Shown piece after piece: positions 21,155 to 33,001 of a stretch of DNA of 64,000 nucleotides. A model generated the notes under the pieces. It was not told the DNA's origin. It ran no database searches and was given only the letters and a program-made list of their open reading frames with translations. Position 1 is the first letter of the stretch. The number at the start of each line of letters is the position of its first letter. The position numbers and the translations under genes were made by a program. Source of the stretch: Pirellulales bacterium (GTDB taxonomy: Bacteria; Planctomycetota; Planctomycetia; Pirellulales; JAICIG01); assembly GCA_040901675.1 (NCBI GenBank), contig JBBDYJ010000031.1:89220-153219 (forward strand), given 5' to 3'.

Positions 21155-21229
21155 GGTGGCTAACGGGACTCGAACCCGTGACCCCCAGATCCACAATCTG
21201 GTGCTCTAACCAACTGAGCTATAGCCACC
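21155..21229 (-). tRNA. tRNA-His (GTG)
   Basis: G-1 plus GTGGCTA/TAGCCAC acceptor stem; anticodon arm CCAGA-TTGTGGA-TCTGG; GTTCGAG T-loop; C discriminator; CCA not encoded. Confidence 0.96.
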
Positions 21230-21307
21230 GTGAGGCAAGTCGCTCAGTATAAATCTGCCCGCCAAAACGGTCAACGCCGGCAAGGCGTCGGCAAAGCGAG
21301 AGGAAAG

Positions 21308-21340
21308 ACTGGGGCACGCTACCGCTTTGCCCCAGCCACC
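21308..21340. repeat. REP-like palindrome, family A
   Basis: ACTGGGGCACGCTACCGCTTTGCCCCAGCCACC; homologous to 47550-47584 and, inverted, 61846-61880. Confidence 0.85.
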
Positions 21341-21399
21341 CCCGACAGCCAACAGCCAAGTTCTAAGACCCAAGAGCCAAGTTCCAAGAGCCAAGATCT

Positions 21400-22179
21400 T
21401 CAGTACGGAAACCGCTCGCCCAGCCTCGCAGCGGACAGCTCGACCAGAAACGTGGCCAGACGCTCGGTAAGCAGGGCCATCATGCGGCGGCCTTTCTCCG
21501 CCGTCGCCGGGTGCGGGTTGCCGGCGCCCGTGTTGGTCGTGGCCAGGTGCCAGGGCCGCGTGATCTGCACCCAACCACGGTTCACGGCCTCGAAGCGGGT
21601 CTTGGCGGTCGCCCCTTCGTCGGCCGCCAGCGAGCCGTCCGGGCGGCGGGCCACGAGCTGCGGATAATAAGCCAGGATCAGCGAGGTCTCCATCTCGCCG
21701 CCATGGTCGCCGGCGTCTTCGAAAATCTCGCCTTCCACGTCGGCCAGCACGCGATACCAGTTGCAGAGGAACATCCGGGCCTCGGTCCGGCCGTAGGCCT
21801 CGCGCAGCAAGGGCTTCAGATCGTTGCCGCCGTGGCTGTTCAAGAGCAGGACCTTCTTGATCCCCTGCCGCGCCAGCGATTCGACCAGGTCCATCACCAC
21901 CCGCCCCAGCGTCGAGGGGTTCAGGTTCATCGACAGCGGAAAGGCCATCTGGTTGGTTTCCGTGCCGTAGGGGATCGTGGGCAGCAAGATCACCCGCGCG
22001 CCGCGCTGGTGGGCCGCCTCGCAGATCGCGTCGCCTACGATGTCCGCCTCGAACATATCGGTGCCGTACGGCAAGTGAAGGTTGTGCGGCTCGGTCGCCC
22101 CCAGCGGCAGCACGGCCACCTCGTAGGGGTTCTCCTTGGTGTACGCGTAATTGATCTCGGCTAGTTTCCAGGGACGCAT
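21400..22179 (-). CDS. Creatininase / creatinine amidohydrolase family protein
   Basis: LPLGATEPHNLHLPYGTD; NSHGGN; DHGGEMETS. Confidence 0.9.
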   Translation of the reverse strand: MRPWKLAEINYAYTKENPYEVAVLPLGATEPHNLHLPYGTDMFEADIVGDAICEAAHQRGARVILLPTIPYGTETNQMAFPLSMNLNPSTLGRVVMDLVESLARQGIKKVLLLNSHGGNDLKPLLREAYGRTEARMFLCNWYRVLADVEGEIFEDAGDHGGEMETSLILAYYPQLVARRPDGSLAADEGATAKTRFEAVNRGWVQITRPWHLATTNTGAGNPHPATAEKGRRMMALLTERLATFLVELSAARLGERFPY

Positions 22180-22206
22180 TCGATCTGCTCGGAAGATGGA
22201 GAGATA

Positions 22207-23712
22207 TCAAGGGGCGGCGGCCGCGGTGGCGGTGACAAACTCGCGATACTGCCGATCGAGCTCGTCGAAGCTGGTGCTGGTCAATTCGGCCAGCGTGCTC
22301 TGGCGGTCGCGGCCCGAATAGATCGCCAGCAGGTAGTCCACCAGTGCATCGCGGTAGCGGCCCTGGTCGTAGTGCATGAGGAAATGCGCGAGGCCGGCGG
22401 CTTGGCTGTAGAGCATGGCGATCCGCTGATCGCGCTGCAGCGTTTGCACGCCAAAGCCGCTGAACTGGGCAAGCGGCACGTAGAAGTCGTCTTCGAGCAG
22501 GCGGAAGCGGGCGTCGCTCAGCCGCACCGACTGGGCGCCCCCCAACGTACAGAAGCCGTCGCCTTCGACCAGCGACTCCATGTAGCAGGCGATTCCCTCG
22601 ACAACCCAGAAGTTGGCGTCCCTCGCCGGATTGCGGACGCCGCCCTTCGTCTCGCTGAACAACTGGTGCGTGGCCTCGTGGTACACGTTGGTGTCGTCGC
22701 GCGCCGCTGGAGCACCGGACGCAGGCCCGGATTCCTCCTCGGCCGGCTGGACGACAAAGAAGTAGGCCTTGCGGTCCTCGGCCAGGTAGTAGCCCGTGCT
22801 GATGCCGATATTCGGCTGCCTGGCCGCCAGGGCCCGCGTGTATTCGTCGCGGTTGCGGAAGTAGACCACCAGGTGCCGGCGCGTGGCCGTTTGTGCGGGA
22901 GCGCCGGATCGGAACAGCCCTTCGAGCTGCTTGTCCGAGAGATAAAACCGGACGAACACCTGCCGCCAGGCGGTGTACAACGCTTCCAGACGCGCGGCGA
23001 GCCGCACGCCCTCCTCCAGGCTGTGGTTGGTGCGGACCAGGTAGTGATCGGTCATCACCTCCCAGCCGCGATCGATGTCGGTGCGAAGACGAGCCTCCTC
23101 TTCCGCGGCCAGCCACTTGCCCTTGTAGAGCCGCTGCCCCGCCTCATAGCGCTCGACGTGGCTGGCCGGCAGCCAGCCGAAACGGTCGTGCCAGACCTGC
23201 CTGCTCCTGGCCTTGCCCTGCTCGAACGTGGTCAGCCAGCTACCATCGTGCAGCTTGTAACCCAACAGCCTGCGGGCCTGGCCGTGCTGGGGATCTTCGC
23301 GGAGAACTTCGTGGACCAGGGAATATGCCAGCGACATCCGCCGCTGGTCGGCCGCTTCCAGCGCCAGCGTCCAGAGGCGCTCGGCCTGCTGCCGGCGAAG
23401 CCGGGCGAACTCTTGCTCCCAATCGGCATCGCCGCTCGCCGCGGGCGGCTGGCCCACGTCGCCGGAGCCGGCAGAGGGAGTATCTACCAGCGGGATCGAA
23501 AGCTTGAACGGATCCTGAGGCAAGAGCCAACCGCGCACCCGCTGGGCCTCGTCGCGCAAGCCGCGCCCGTCGCACTGTTGGGCCAGTTGCTCCAGCTCGC
23601 CGGCGTATTGCTCGATCAGCTCGGCCCGAGCGCCGGCCGCGGAGGCGGCCCAGGCCCGCGCCGGTCCGCCGGCCGCCGCAAGCATCGATAAGAGGCAGAT
23701 GCGAAGAAGCAA
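22207..23712 (-). CDS. DUF1570 domain secreted metallopeptidase-like protein
   Basis: Signal peptide; YHEATHQL; WVVEGIACYME. Confidence 0.8.
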   Translation of the reverse strand: MLLRICLLSMLAAAGGPARAWAASAAGARAELIEQYAGELEQLAQQCDGRGLRDEAQRVRGWLLPQDPFKLSIPLVDTPSAGSGDVGQPPAASGDADWEQEFARLRRQQAERLWTLALEAADQRRMSLAYSLVHEVLREDPQHGQARRLLGYKLHDGSWLTTFEQGKARSRQVWHDRFGWLPASHVERYEAGQRLYKGKWLAAEEEARLRTDIDRGWEVMTDHYLVRTNHSLEEGVRLAARLEALYTAWRQVFVRFYLSDKQLEGLFRSGAPAQTATRRHLVVYFRNRDEYTRALAARQPNIGISTGYYLAEDRKAYFFVVQPAEEESGPASGAPAARDDTNVYHEATHQLFSETKGGVRNPARDANFWVVEGIACYMESLVEGDGFCTLGGAQSVRLSDARFRLLEDDFYVPLAQFSGFGVQTLQRDQRIAMLYSQAAGLAHFLMHYDQGRYRDALVDYLLAIYSGRDRQSTLAELTSTSFDELDRQYREFVTATAAAAP

Positions 23713-23806
23713 GGCTGCTGACGTGCCTGGAGAAAGAACCGCGGACCAATCGAAATCGCTCGACGGGGCCTACGTCTGTAGTGTACCACCGCGGGTGCGC
23801 CGCGGC

Positions 23807-24805
23807 CTACTTTTCGGCAAAAGCCGCGTCGAAGGCGACCTGGCTGGGCGTGAAATCCCGCTGCTTGACGAACTCGCAGGCCTCCTTGGCACCCGCCTCG
23901 CGATCCATCCCCACGTCTTCCCACTCGACCGACAGCGGGCCGTCGTAGCCGATCACGTTCAACGCCCGGATGATCTCCTCGAAGTTCACCTGCCCGCGGC
24001 CGGGCGAGCGGAAATCCCAGCCCCGCCGCGGATCGCCAAAGCTCAGATGGCTGGCCAGGATGCCGGTGCGGCCGTTGAGCGTCACGATGCAGTCCTTGAC
24101 GTGCACGTGGTAGATGCGGTCGGAAAAAGCGCGGATGAACTCGACCGGGTCGACCCCCTGCCAGACCAGGTGGCTGGGATCGAAGTTGAAGCCGAACTCT
24201 TCGCGGCGGTCCAGCGCCTCCAGCGCCCGCTCCGCGCTGTAGAGGTCGAAGGCGATCTCGGTGGGGTGCACTTCCAGGGCGAAGCGGACGCCGCACTCGC
24301 CGAACACGTCCAGGATCGGGTTGAAGCGCTCGGCCAGCAGATCGAACCCCTCGTCGATCATCTCCGGCGGCGTGGGAGGAAACGAGTACAAGAGGTGCCA
24401 GATGCTCGATCCGGTGAAGCCGTTCACCACGCCCACGCCCAGCTTCTGCGCGGCCCGGGCGGTCTTCTTCAGCTCCTCGGCGGCCCGCGCATTCACGCCG
24501 GCCGCTTCGCCGTTGCCCCAAACGTGCGGCGGCAGGATCGCCTTGTGGCGGGCGTCGATCACGTCGAGCACGGCCTGGCCCACCAGGTGCGTGCTGATGG
24601 CGTGCACCTGCAAGTCGTATCGATCGAGCAGCTCGCGCCGCTGGGCGCAGTAGCCGGCATCGGTGACCGCCTTATCGACCTCGAAATGATCTCCCCAGCA
24701 GGCCAGCTCCAATCCCTGGTACCCGAACTCGCTGGCCTTCCGTGCCAGGTCTTCGAGTTTCAGGTCGGCCCATTGCCCCGTGAACAACGTAACCGGTCGC
24801 GTCAT
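23807..24805 (-). CDS. Sugar phosphate isomerase/epimerase (TIM barrel, IolE-like)
   Basis: [40 protein letters not shown]. Confidence 0.92.
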   Translation of the reverse strand: MTRPVTLFTGQWADLKLEDLARKASEFGYQGLELACWGDHFEVDKAVTDAGYCAQRRELLDRYDLQVHAISTHLVGQAVLDVIDARHKAILPPHVWGNGEAAGVNARAAEELKKTARAAQKLGVGVVNGFTGSSIWHLLYSFPPTPPEMIDEGFDLLAERFNPILDVFGECGVRFALEVHPTEIAFDLYSAERALEALDRREEFGFNFDPSHLVWQGVDPVEFIRAFSDRIYHVHVKDCIVTLNGRTGILASHLSFGDPRRGWDFRSPGRGQVNFEEIIRALNVIGYDGPLSVEWEDVGMDREAGAKEACEFVKQRDFTPSQVAFDAAFAEK

Positions 24806-24988
24806 GATTGGGTGCTCCTGTCTGGGTGAATCGTGCGCCGAAGCTCCCATTCTGCCATTTGAATCCGGTGCTGCAACCATCTTCCGGTACCGAGACCTGG
24901 CGTGCCGACGCCTGGCCCCACGACCGTGGCGGGCCGCGGTGCTATACTGGCATAGGCGAATTCAGTTGTCTTAGCGCCGGGAGCGGCC

Positions 24989-26032
24989 ATGTTGAGGCGG
25001 ACGGCCGTGGTTCTGATCATGCTTGGCGTTTGCTGCCCGGCGGTCGGTGCATTGGCCGCGGGCCCGGCTCGGGTCAGCTTCGAGCTGGCCACCGAGCAGG
25101 GCTTTCCCGCCGCCGCCACGCAGCAGTGGTACACGCTGTTGACCGATCTCGACGTGGATGGACTGCGAATCCGGGCGGCGCGGGCCGGCGACCAGCCGGC
25201 GATCGAAGCCACCGGCGGGGCCGCCAGCCCGTTTTACCGGGTCACCGGTCTCTTGACCGCACGCAACGAATTGGTGTTGCCGGGTGGCAAGTTCTCAGTT
25301 CGCGATCGAGCGAAGCTGCACCAGTGGCTGACGCGGTTGCGCGAAGATGGGCCCGAGCACGCCCAGGCGCGTAAACCGCTGCCGTTCGGACTCTCGAGCG
25401 CCGAACTGGCCGCGGCGCACAAGGACCTCGCCCGTCCGGTGCCGATCTCGACCGCCGGGCTGAAACTCTCGGAAGCACTCGACAAGATAGCCGCCGGGCT
25501 CGACACGCCCCTGGTGGCCGAACGGGCGGCTGCGGCGGCCTTAGGGCGCGCCGAGCCGGTGAGCGAAGACGTGCAAGGCATCTCGAGCGGCACCGCACTG
25601 GCCTACCTGCTGCGCGCGGAGGGGTTGGCGTTGGAGCCGCGGCGGGATACGCGGCGGCAGGTGGAATATGCTGTCAAGCTGCCGATCGAGGGACAGCCGG
25701 TCTGGCCCGTCGGCTGGCCGCCCGAGGTCAAGCCGGCGGAACTTCTCCCGGAGCTGTTTGAGTTCTTGAACGCCGAGATCGACGACGTGCCGCTTTCCGA
25801 GACGCTCAAAGTGATCGGCGAGCGGCTGGAGCTGCCGATCCTGTTCGACCATCATGCCCTGGTCCGCGAGGGGATCGACATCCACGAGGTCAAGGTTTCG
25901 CTGCCGCCGCGCAGGACGTTCTACGACAAGGTCCTGCGAGCCGTTTTGAGCCAGGCGCAGCTCACCAGCGAAATGCGCGTCGACGAAGCCGGCAAGCCCT
26001 TGCTGTGGGTCACCACGCTCAAACGGAAATGA
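24989..26032 (+). CDS. Conserved secreted hypothetical protein
   Basis: Signal peptide; 347-aa ORF; stop overlaps the next start (ATGA). Confidence 0.7.
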   Translation: MLRRTAVVLIMLGVCCPAVGALAAGPARVSFELATEQGFPAAATQQWYTLLTDLDVDGLRIRAARAGDQPAIEATGGAASPFYRVTGLLTARNELVLPGGKFSVRDRAKLHQWLTRLREDGPEHAQARKPLPFGLSSAELAAAHKDLARPVPISTAGLKLSEALDKIAAGLDTPLVAERAAAAALGRAEPVSEDVQGISSGTALAYLLRAEGLALEPRRDTRRQVEYAVKLPIEGQPVWPVGWPPEVKPAELLPELFEFLNAEIDDVPLSETLKVIGERLELPILFDHHALVREGIDIHEVKVSLPPRRTFYDKVLRAVLSQAQLTSEMRVDEAGKPLLWVTTLKRK

Positions 26033-26565
26033 CGCACGACCCCCAACGGCCCGCCCCATCCGCCTGCGGCGGACCAGGCGTTTTGCTTCCAGGACCCTGG
26101 GTTGCCGCCACGCTGGCCGACTTGGGCGTGACGCACGTGGTATGGCTGCCCGATTCGGCGCTGGGAACGTGGGAAGGTGCCTTCGAGCAGTCGGACCGTC
26201 TGCGGCTTGTCCGAGTCTGCCGCGAGGGAGAAGCTTGGGCCATCGCGGCCGGTTTGCACTTGGGAGGCCGGCAGCCGGTCGTCGTGATCCAGAACACGGG
26301 CCTGTTCGAATCGGGAGATGCGCTGCGAAACGTGCTGTTCGACCTGCGGCTGCCGCTGTTTTCGATCGTCGGTTACCGCGGCTACCTGGTCGAAGGTTCG
26401 ACCGACACGGCCCGGCAGTTCACCGAACCGGTGCTCTCGGCCTGGGGACTCGATTACGTACTGATCGCAAGCCCCGATGAGGGGCCGCGGCTGGCCGAGC
26501 ATTATCGGGCTTGCCGGGCGGCCGGGCGGCCGGGCGTGGTCCTGCTGGCCGAAGGACGTGGTTGA
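26029..26565 (+). CDS. TPP enzyme N-terminal subunit, ComD-like (sulfopyruvate/phosphonopyruvate decarboxylase alpha)
   Basis: VVWLPDS; CREGEAWAIAAG; IQNTGL. Confidence 0.8.
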   Translation: MTHDPQRPAPSACGGPGVLLPGPWVAATLADLGVTHVVWLPDSALGTWEGAFEQSDRLRLVRVCREGEAWAIAAGLHLGGRQPVVVIQNTGLFESGDALRNVLFDLRLPLFSIVGYRGYLVEGSTDTARQFTEPVLSAWGLDYVLIASPDEGPRLAEHYRACRAAGRPGVVLLAEGRG

Positions 26566-26576
26566 GGGGGCCGCGC

Positions 26577-27197
26577 ATGGCAACGAATCCGCGAAGTCGC
26601 AGGGCAATGCCGCTGGCGGCGGCGCTGGAGGTGCTGGCCGCGCGGCGCCGCAACGAGATCGTGGTGACCACGATGGGCTCCGCGCGCGAGTGGCCTCGCT
26701 GTTCGAAGCATGCGCTCGACTTTCATTATCTTCCCTCGGCCATGGGGCATGCTCCGATGTTAGGCCTGGGATTGGCCCTGGCCCGAGGCGAGCGCGACGT
26801 GATCGTCCTCAACGGCGATGGCTGCATGCTGATGAGTCTGGGCTGCCTGGTGACCGTGGTGGCCAGCGCGGCGGCGAACTACACGCTGGTGGTGCTCGAC
26901 AATGGCATCTACGAAGTGACAGGCGGCCAGGCGACGCCGGCCGGCGCCACGGACTTTGCCGCCATGGCACGCGCCGCCGGTTTCGCCACCGTGGCGGCCT
27001 TCGACGACCTGGCCCGCTGGCAGTCGTCGGCGGCCGGCATCCTGGCTGCGCCCGGGCCCCGCTTCATCTCTCTGCGGGTCGAGCCGGTGGGCGACGACTA
27101 CCAGTTACCCGCGCCGCGCCCCATGTCGCAGCGGATCGCCGAGTTCCGCCAGGCGCTCGCCCAGGCGCCTACTCCCCTCCCGAACCAAGACGGCTGA
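26577..27197 (+). CDS. TPP-binding subunit, ComE-like (decarboxylase beta)
   Basis: SAMGHA; GDGCMLM...LDNGIYEVTGGQ (GDG-x-N TPP motif). Confidence 0.85.
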   Translation: MATNPRSRRAMPLAAALEVLAARRRNEIVVTTMGSAREWPRCSKHALDFHYLPSAMGHAPMLGLGLALARGERDVIVLNGDGCMLMSLGCLVTVVASAAANYTLVVLDNGIYEVTGGQATPAGATDFAAMARAAGFATVAAFDDLARWQSSAAGILAAPGPRFISLRVEPVGDDYQLPAPRPMSQRIAEFRQALAQAPTPLPNQDG

Positions 27198-28980
27198 CTT
27201 CGTCCTCGCCCGGCAAGCCGAAGGAGAGCAAGACGCCGGTGTATTGCTTCGGGAAGAAGGCCTCGTAGTCCGCGGGACTGAACAGCGTGTTGCCCGTGCC
27301 GACGTAGACGCGGCCGCGAGACACGGAAGGGCCGCACCAGACCGGCCCCAGGTCGATCTCCTTGAGCACGGCGCCGTTGGCCGCATCGAGTGCGACCAGC
27401 TTTCCGCTGGCGGCAGTGGTGAAGTAGAGCACGCCGTTGGCGACGGCGATGCCAGAGGCGACCGGATCGCCGACGTCAGTGTAAGAGGGCTTGGGGGGCG
27501 GGCCGCCGAGCGACGCCACCTTGGGGCGGTCGTGCCGCCAGCGCTCGGCTCGCGTATCGGGGCTCAACGCCACGACCCGGCCGCCCGTCGGCGGCACGCC
27601 GGCAGCCTCGATCGCCTCCACGGTCCCCAGTTGGAGGGCATCGATTCCATTGGTAAAGATGCTTTTGCCGTCCGTCGCGCAGCCGGTTTGCAGCCCGCCG
27701 ATGGGGCTGGGCAGCGCCAGCGTTCGCCGGTCCGGTGCGGGTGTGAGAGGATAGGCGGGCGGTCCGGTGTAAATTGGGGTGTGATCGAGGATGCGGCCGT
27801 CGTCGGATTCGAGGACGTAAAAGCCGCCGTTCTTGCAGCCAACCCCAACCACCTTGGTCGGCGCGCCTTCGACGGGAATCGCGTAGATTTTGGGCGTGTC
27901 GCCGATCGACTGGTCCTTGTATCGCCCTTCCTTCGGGTCGTAGGCCCTCATCGAGTTGGTCCAGACGTCACCCGGGTTGATCTGCGTGACCCACTTCTCG
28001 GCACCGTCTCGAACGTCGATCGCGATCACCGCGCACGATTCGCGGGTGGCCAGCCGCGGATCGTCCTCGGTCGGCTGCCGTGGGGCCGTGTTGACGTCGG
28101 TGCCGAAGAAGATCGTGCCGGACTCGGCGTCGAACGAAGGCGTGCTCCAGACGGTGCTGGTCGCCGGCCCGAACTCGAAGACGTGGTCGCCCCAGGTGTC
28201 CGTGATCGTGATCTGCGGCTCGAGTCGCTGGGGTTTGGGCCCAACGTTGTATTTCCACGCCACGCGGCCGGTTTTGGGATCCAGCGCGACGACAAAACCC
28301 CGGCCGGTGCTCCCCTTGTAGAACTGGCTCCCGGCGAAAAGCTGTTCGAGCGCGCCCCCCGCGAAGATGACCTTCCCGCCGGCCATGATCGGCGACGCGA
28401 ACAGGGCGTTGGCAGGGTGGAAATCGGGGAACCCGTCGGCGCGGGTGTTGATCTTCCAGCGTTCGGTTCCGTCGGCGCGGTCCAGCGCGTAGATCCAACC
28501 GCCGATGTCGCCAAAGAACACCGTGTCGGCGGTGACCAAGGCCGAGCCAACGATCCCTTCGGCGCCCGACGCGATAAGGGCGCTGCGCCCCGCCTCGTCA
28601 TCCTGCCCCGCCTCGGGCGCTGGCGCCGTCCCGCGGGCCGGATTGCGGTACGACCAGCGGACCTTGCCGTCGGGTGTGAGCTTATAGAACGCCGGCTCGG
28701 TGGCCGTCCCGAAATAGACGTAGCCGTTCACCACGATGGGAGTCGCATGGACGACGCCGATCTCAAGGTTCGAATCTTGGGGCGGGAATCTCCATTTCTC
28801 TTCCAGCCGGCCCGCGTTCGACTTGTCGATCGCCGTTTCATCCGGGTTATGGCGACTGCCGATAACGTCGCGATTGTACATCGGCCAGTCCTGGCCGCGG
28901 GTGGCGATAGGCAAGTCGACCCACACGATGGCGGCCAGCGCCCACGCCAGCAACGCGTGCGTCAGCGGTTTGCAGAACAT
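27169..28980 (-). CDS. PQQ-binding-like beta-propeller protein (PVA dehydrogenase-like)
   Basis: DWPMYN; ATPIVVNGYVYFG; repeated YALD..DG.ERW blades; VWSTPS. Confidence 0.85.
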   Translation of the reverse strand: MFCKPLTHALLAWALAAIVWVDLPIATRGQDWPMYNRDVIGSRHNPDETAIDKSNAGRLEEKWRFPPQDSNLEIGVVHATPIVVNGYVYFGTATEPAFYKLTPDGKVRWSYRNPARGTAPAPEAGQDDEAGRSALIASGAEGIVGSALVTADTVFFGDIGGWIYALDRADGTERWKINTRADGFPDFHPANALFASPIMAGGKVIFAGGALEQLFAGSQFYKGSTGRGFVVALDPKTGRVAWKYNVGPKPQRLEPQITITDTWGDHVFEFGPATSTVWSTPSFDAESGTIFFGTDVNTAPRQPTEDDPRLATRESCAVIAIDVRDGAEKWVTQINPGDVWTNSMRAYDPKEGRYKDQSIGDTPKIYAIPVEGAPTKVVGVGCKNGGFYVLESDDGRILDHTPIYTGPPAYPLTPAPDRRTLALPSPIGGLQTGCATDGKSIFTNGIDALQLGTVEAIEAAGVPPTGGRVVALSPDTRAERWRHDRPKVASLGGPPPKPSYTDVGDPVASGIAVANGVLYFTTAASGKLVALDAANGAVLKEIDLGPVWCGPSVSRGRVYVGTGNTLFSPADYEAFFPKQYTGVLLSFGLPGEDEVSRLGSGGE

Positions 28981-29119
28981 TCGAATTCCTATGCATGACC
29001 TTCTGAATCGAGAGGCGACTGCGGCGGGTCCGGAACCTGCCATCGAGCGGCGCGTCCGTGCTTCTGCCTATTCGCAGAACAGGCGGAATTCTTCGAAGCG
29101 GCTTGAGAAGTCCGGTGTT

Positions 29120-30439
29120 TTACTGCAGCGCGAACTTGAACTGTTTGCGCTGGCCGTTGCGCAGCACGGTGGCGGCCACCGTGTCGCCCGGCCGTTTTTC
29201 TTGCAGGGTGTGCGCGAGCAACTGCGATTCCGTCATGCGGCCGCGCTGGCCGTCGAACGCCACCAGGATGTCGTCCTTGCGGAAGCCGGCGCGCAACGCC
29301 ACGGCGTGGTCGCCATATTCGCCGGCGTGCTTCACGCGCAAAGCCATCGAGTCGTCCGGCAGGCCGGCTTCGCTTCGCTCATCCGGCAACAGCTCCTCCA
29401 GCAGCAGGCCGCCCAACCCCATCCGCCGCAAGTCCCAAGTGGTCGCGCGCCAGGAGATGTCGTCGCGCCGCCGCCAGCCTTCGTCAAGCGTCAGGACCAG
29501 GTCGAGTTTCTCGCCTTTCCTGGCCACCTGGGCGCTGAGGCGGCCGCTCGGCGGCGCATGGTGGAGCACCCACTGGATGTCGGCGATCGACAAGAGCGGT
29601 TGCCCTTCCAGCCTGAGGATTTCGTCTCCCGCCTGGAAATCGTCGCGCTCGGCCGGTGAGTCGGCGGCCACCTCCGCGATGCGTGCTTTTTCCCTGGGGT
29701 CCATGATCAGCCCCACCACGGACGGGTTCGGGGAGGGGTAGAGGACTTCGTCGGGGATCGGCTCGCCCGCCGTGCGGTAGACCAGCCGCTCGGCCTCGCG
29801 GATCTGGTGGCAGTGCAGGCAGCTCGCGGCCACGCGCCCCTCGTAGTCGAGGTCCGACTCGTACTTGCCGGCCAGACTCGGATAATCTCCCGGCGACTTG
29901 AACCCGGCCTCGCTCACCTGCTTGCCGGCCAGCGCCGGCTTGACCTGCTCGTGCCGCTTGTGCATTTCCAAGGCGGCCGCCATCGCCTTTCGCAAGCCCT
30001 CGAGCGTGATGTCGCGCGATTCCTCATGTTTCGACCGGGTGCCGAAGCGGCCGTAGATCGTCATGTCGGGGTGCATGAGGACGGCGGCGAACGACTGGTC
30101 GAAATCGAACTGGAACCGCGTCAGGTCGATGGTGTTGGCCTGCACGATGCGGACGCAGACGAACTGGTCCATCAGGTCCCGCACCCGGCGATCGCGGCGG
30201 GCCACCTGGTCGTCGAACTCCTGGCAGGCCGCGCATGGAATGCAGCGAAACACGACCAACAGCGGCTTATCCTCCGCGGCCGCCGCGCGAACGCCCGCTT
30301 CCAGATCGTTGTAGATCCAGTCCCGCGAGCCTTCGAAAGCCTCTCGGTCCTTGCGGACCTTGGTGTCGCGGTCCTGTGCGGCGGCCGCTGTCCCGACGGC
30401 AGCCATCAGCAGCCCGATCGCCATGCTTGCAATGCGCAT
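29120..30439 (-). CDS. Trx7/PDZ domain-containing protein
   Basis: WIYNDLEAG; VVFRCIPCAAC; SCLHCH; two PDZ domains (DSPAE..FQAGDEI; AGFRKDDI). Confidence 0.85.
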   Translation of the reverse strand: MRIASMAIGLLMAAVGTAAAAQDRDTKVRKDREAFEGSRDWIYNDLEAGVRAAAAEDKPLLVVFRCIPCAACQEFDDQVARRDRRVRDLMDQFVCVRIVQANTIDLTRFQFDFDQSFAAVLMHPDMTIYGRFGTRSKHEESRDITLEGLRKAMAAALEMHKRHEQVKPALAGKQVSEAGFKSPGDYPSLAGKYESDLDYEGRVAASCLHCHQIREAERLVYRTAGEPIPDEVLYPSPNPSVVGLIMDPREKARIAEVAADSPAERDDFQAGDEILRLEGQPLLSIADIQWVLHHAPPSGRLSAQVARKGEKLDLVLTLDEGWRRRDDISWRATTWDLRRMGLGGLLLEELLPDERSEAGLPDDSMALRVKHAGEYGDHAVALRAGFRKDDILVAFDGQRGRMTESQLLAHTLQEKRPGDTVAATVLRNGQRKQFKFALQ

Positions 30440-30649
30440 CCCAAATCTCCTCGGATCCAAAATAACACTGCACCAACAACGGTTCGAATTTAATGCACGT
30501 GCCGAGCCCTCCACTCGGATGGCTACATGGTAAAAGACCCAGCTGCCGCTGCCTAGCGTTGCGCTTTCGTGTTCGGCCCGCCACTAAATCGTCGGCTAAT
30601 CGTTGTGGACCTCGGTCGGCCGCAACAGGATGGATTTGCTCTGGGAACA

Positions 30650-30760
30650 AAAAAATGGGGATAAGTCCAATTGCTCAAAAAAATAGAGATAAGTCCAACT
30701 GCTCGGCCGTCGGCCATTTGGAAGGCGGCGCAGCCTAATATTGGACTTATCCCCGTTTCT
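30650..30760. repeat. REP-like direct and inverted repeats (GATAAGTCCAA)
   Basis: AAAAAATGGGGATAAGTCCAATT and AAAAAATAGAGATAAGTCCAACT in tandem, with inverted ATTGGACTTATCCCCGTTT. Confidence 0.85.
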
Positions 30761-30835
30761 CATTCGGCGCAGGCCAAGGCAGGCAAGACGACGCCCTGGG
30801 AGAAAGGCTGCGGCGCACGGAGTGTGCCTGCTGCG

Positions 30836-32653
<1,818 letters not shown>

Positions 32654-32931
32654 GCCAAGGGCTTCGGTGAGCAAAACAATCCTCGAAAAAAACCAAGAAA
32701 AACGGCTGCGGCTGGACCGCCGGGCAAGGCGGGGCAACGGCGACGCGCGTCGCCGAGCGCAAGACGGCACCAAGCAGGCTGCCCCGAGCGCCTGGCAGGC
32801 CACAGCGGCAGAGAACCGTCCGGCAGGTATTCTAGTGTATACCACCCGTCAAGGAGAACGGCAGATGGGTGCGTTTTTCGGCCCTTTCCGGCTGGTTCAT
32901 GCCGATTGAAACGCCGAAGGCCGGCATGTAG

Positions 32932-32959
32932 TTGACATTCGTACACTACTCGCTAGAAT
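32932..32959 (+). promoter_or_regulatory. Sigma70-type promoter
   Basis: TTGACA-N16-TAGAAT upstream of an RBS and the small ORF at 33002. Confidence 0.65.
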
Positions 32960-33001
32960 GACGGCTGAGATGAATAGTTGGCCCTCGAAAGGAGAGAAAA
33001 C

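Noticed and set aside
20980..21229. Integrative element at tRNA-His
   Set aside because: No integrase gene, and I noticed no duplicated tRNA 3' end in the window
29120..30514. Selenocysteine recoding in the Trx7/PDZ gene
   Set aside because: The reading frame is open with Cys codons and has no in-frame TGA
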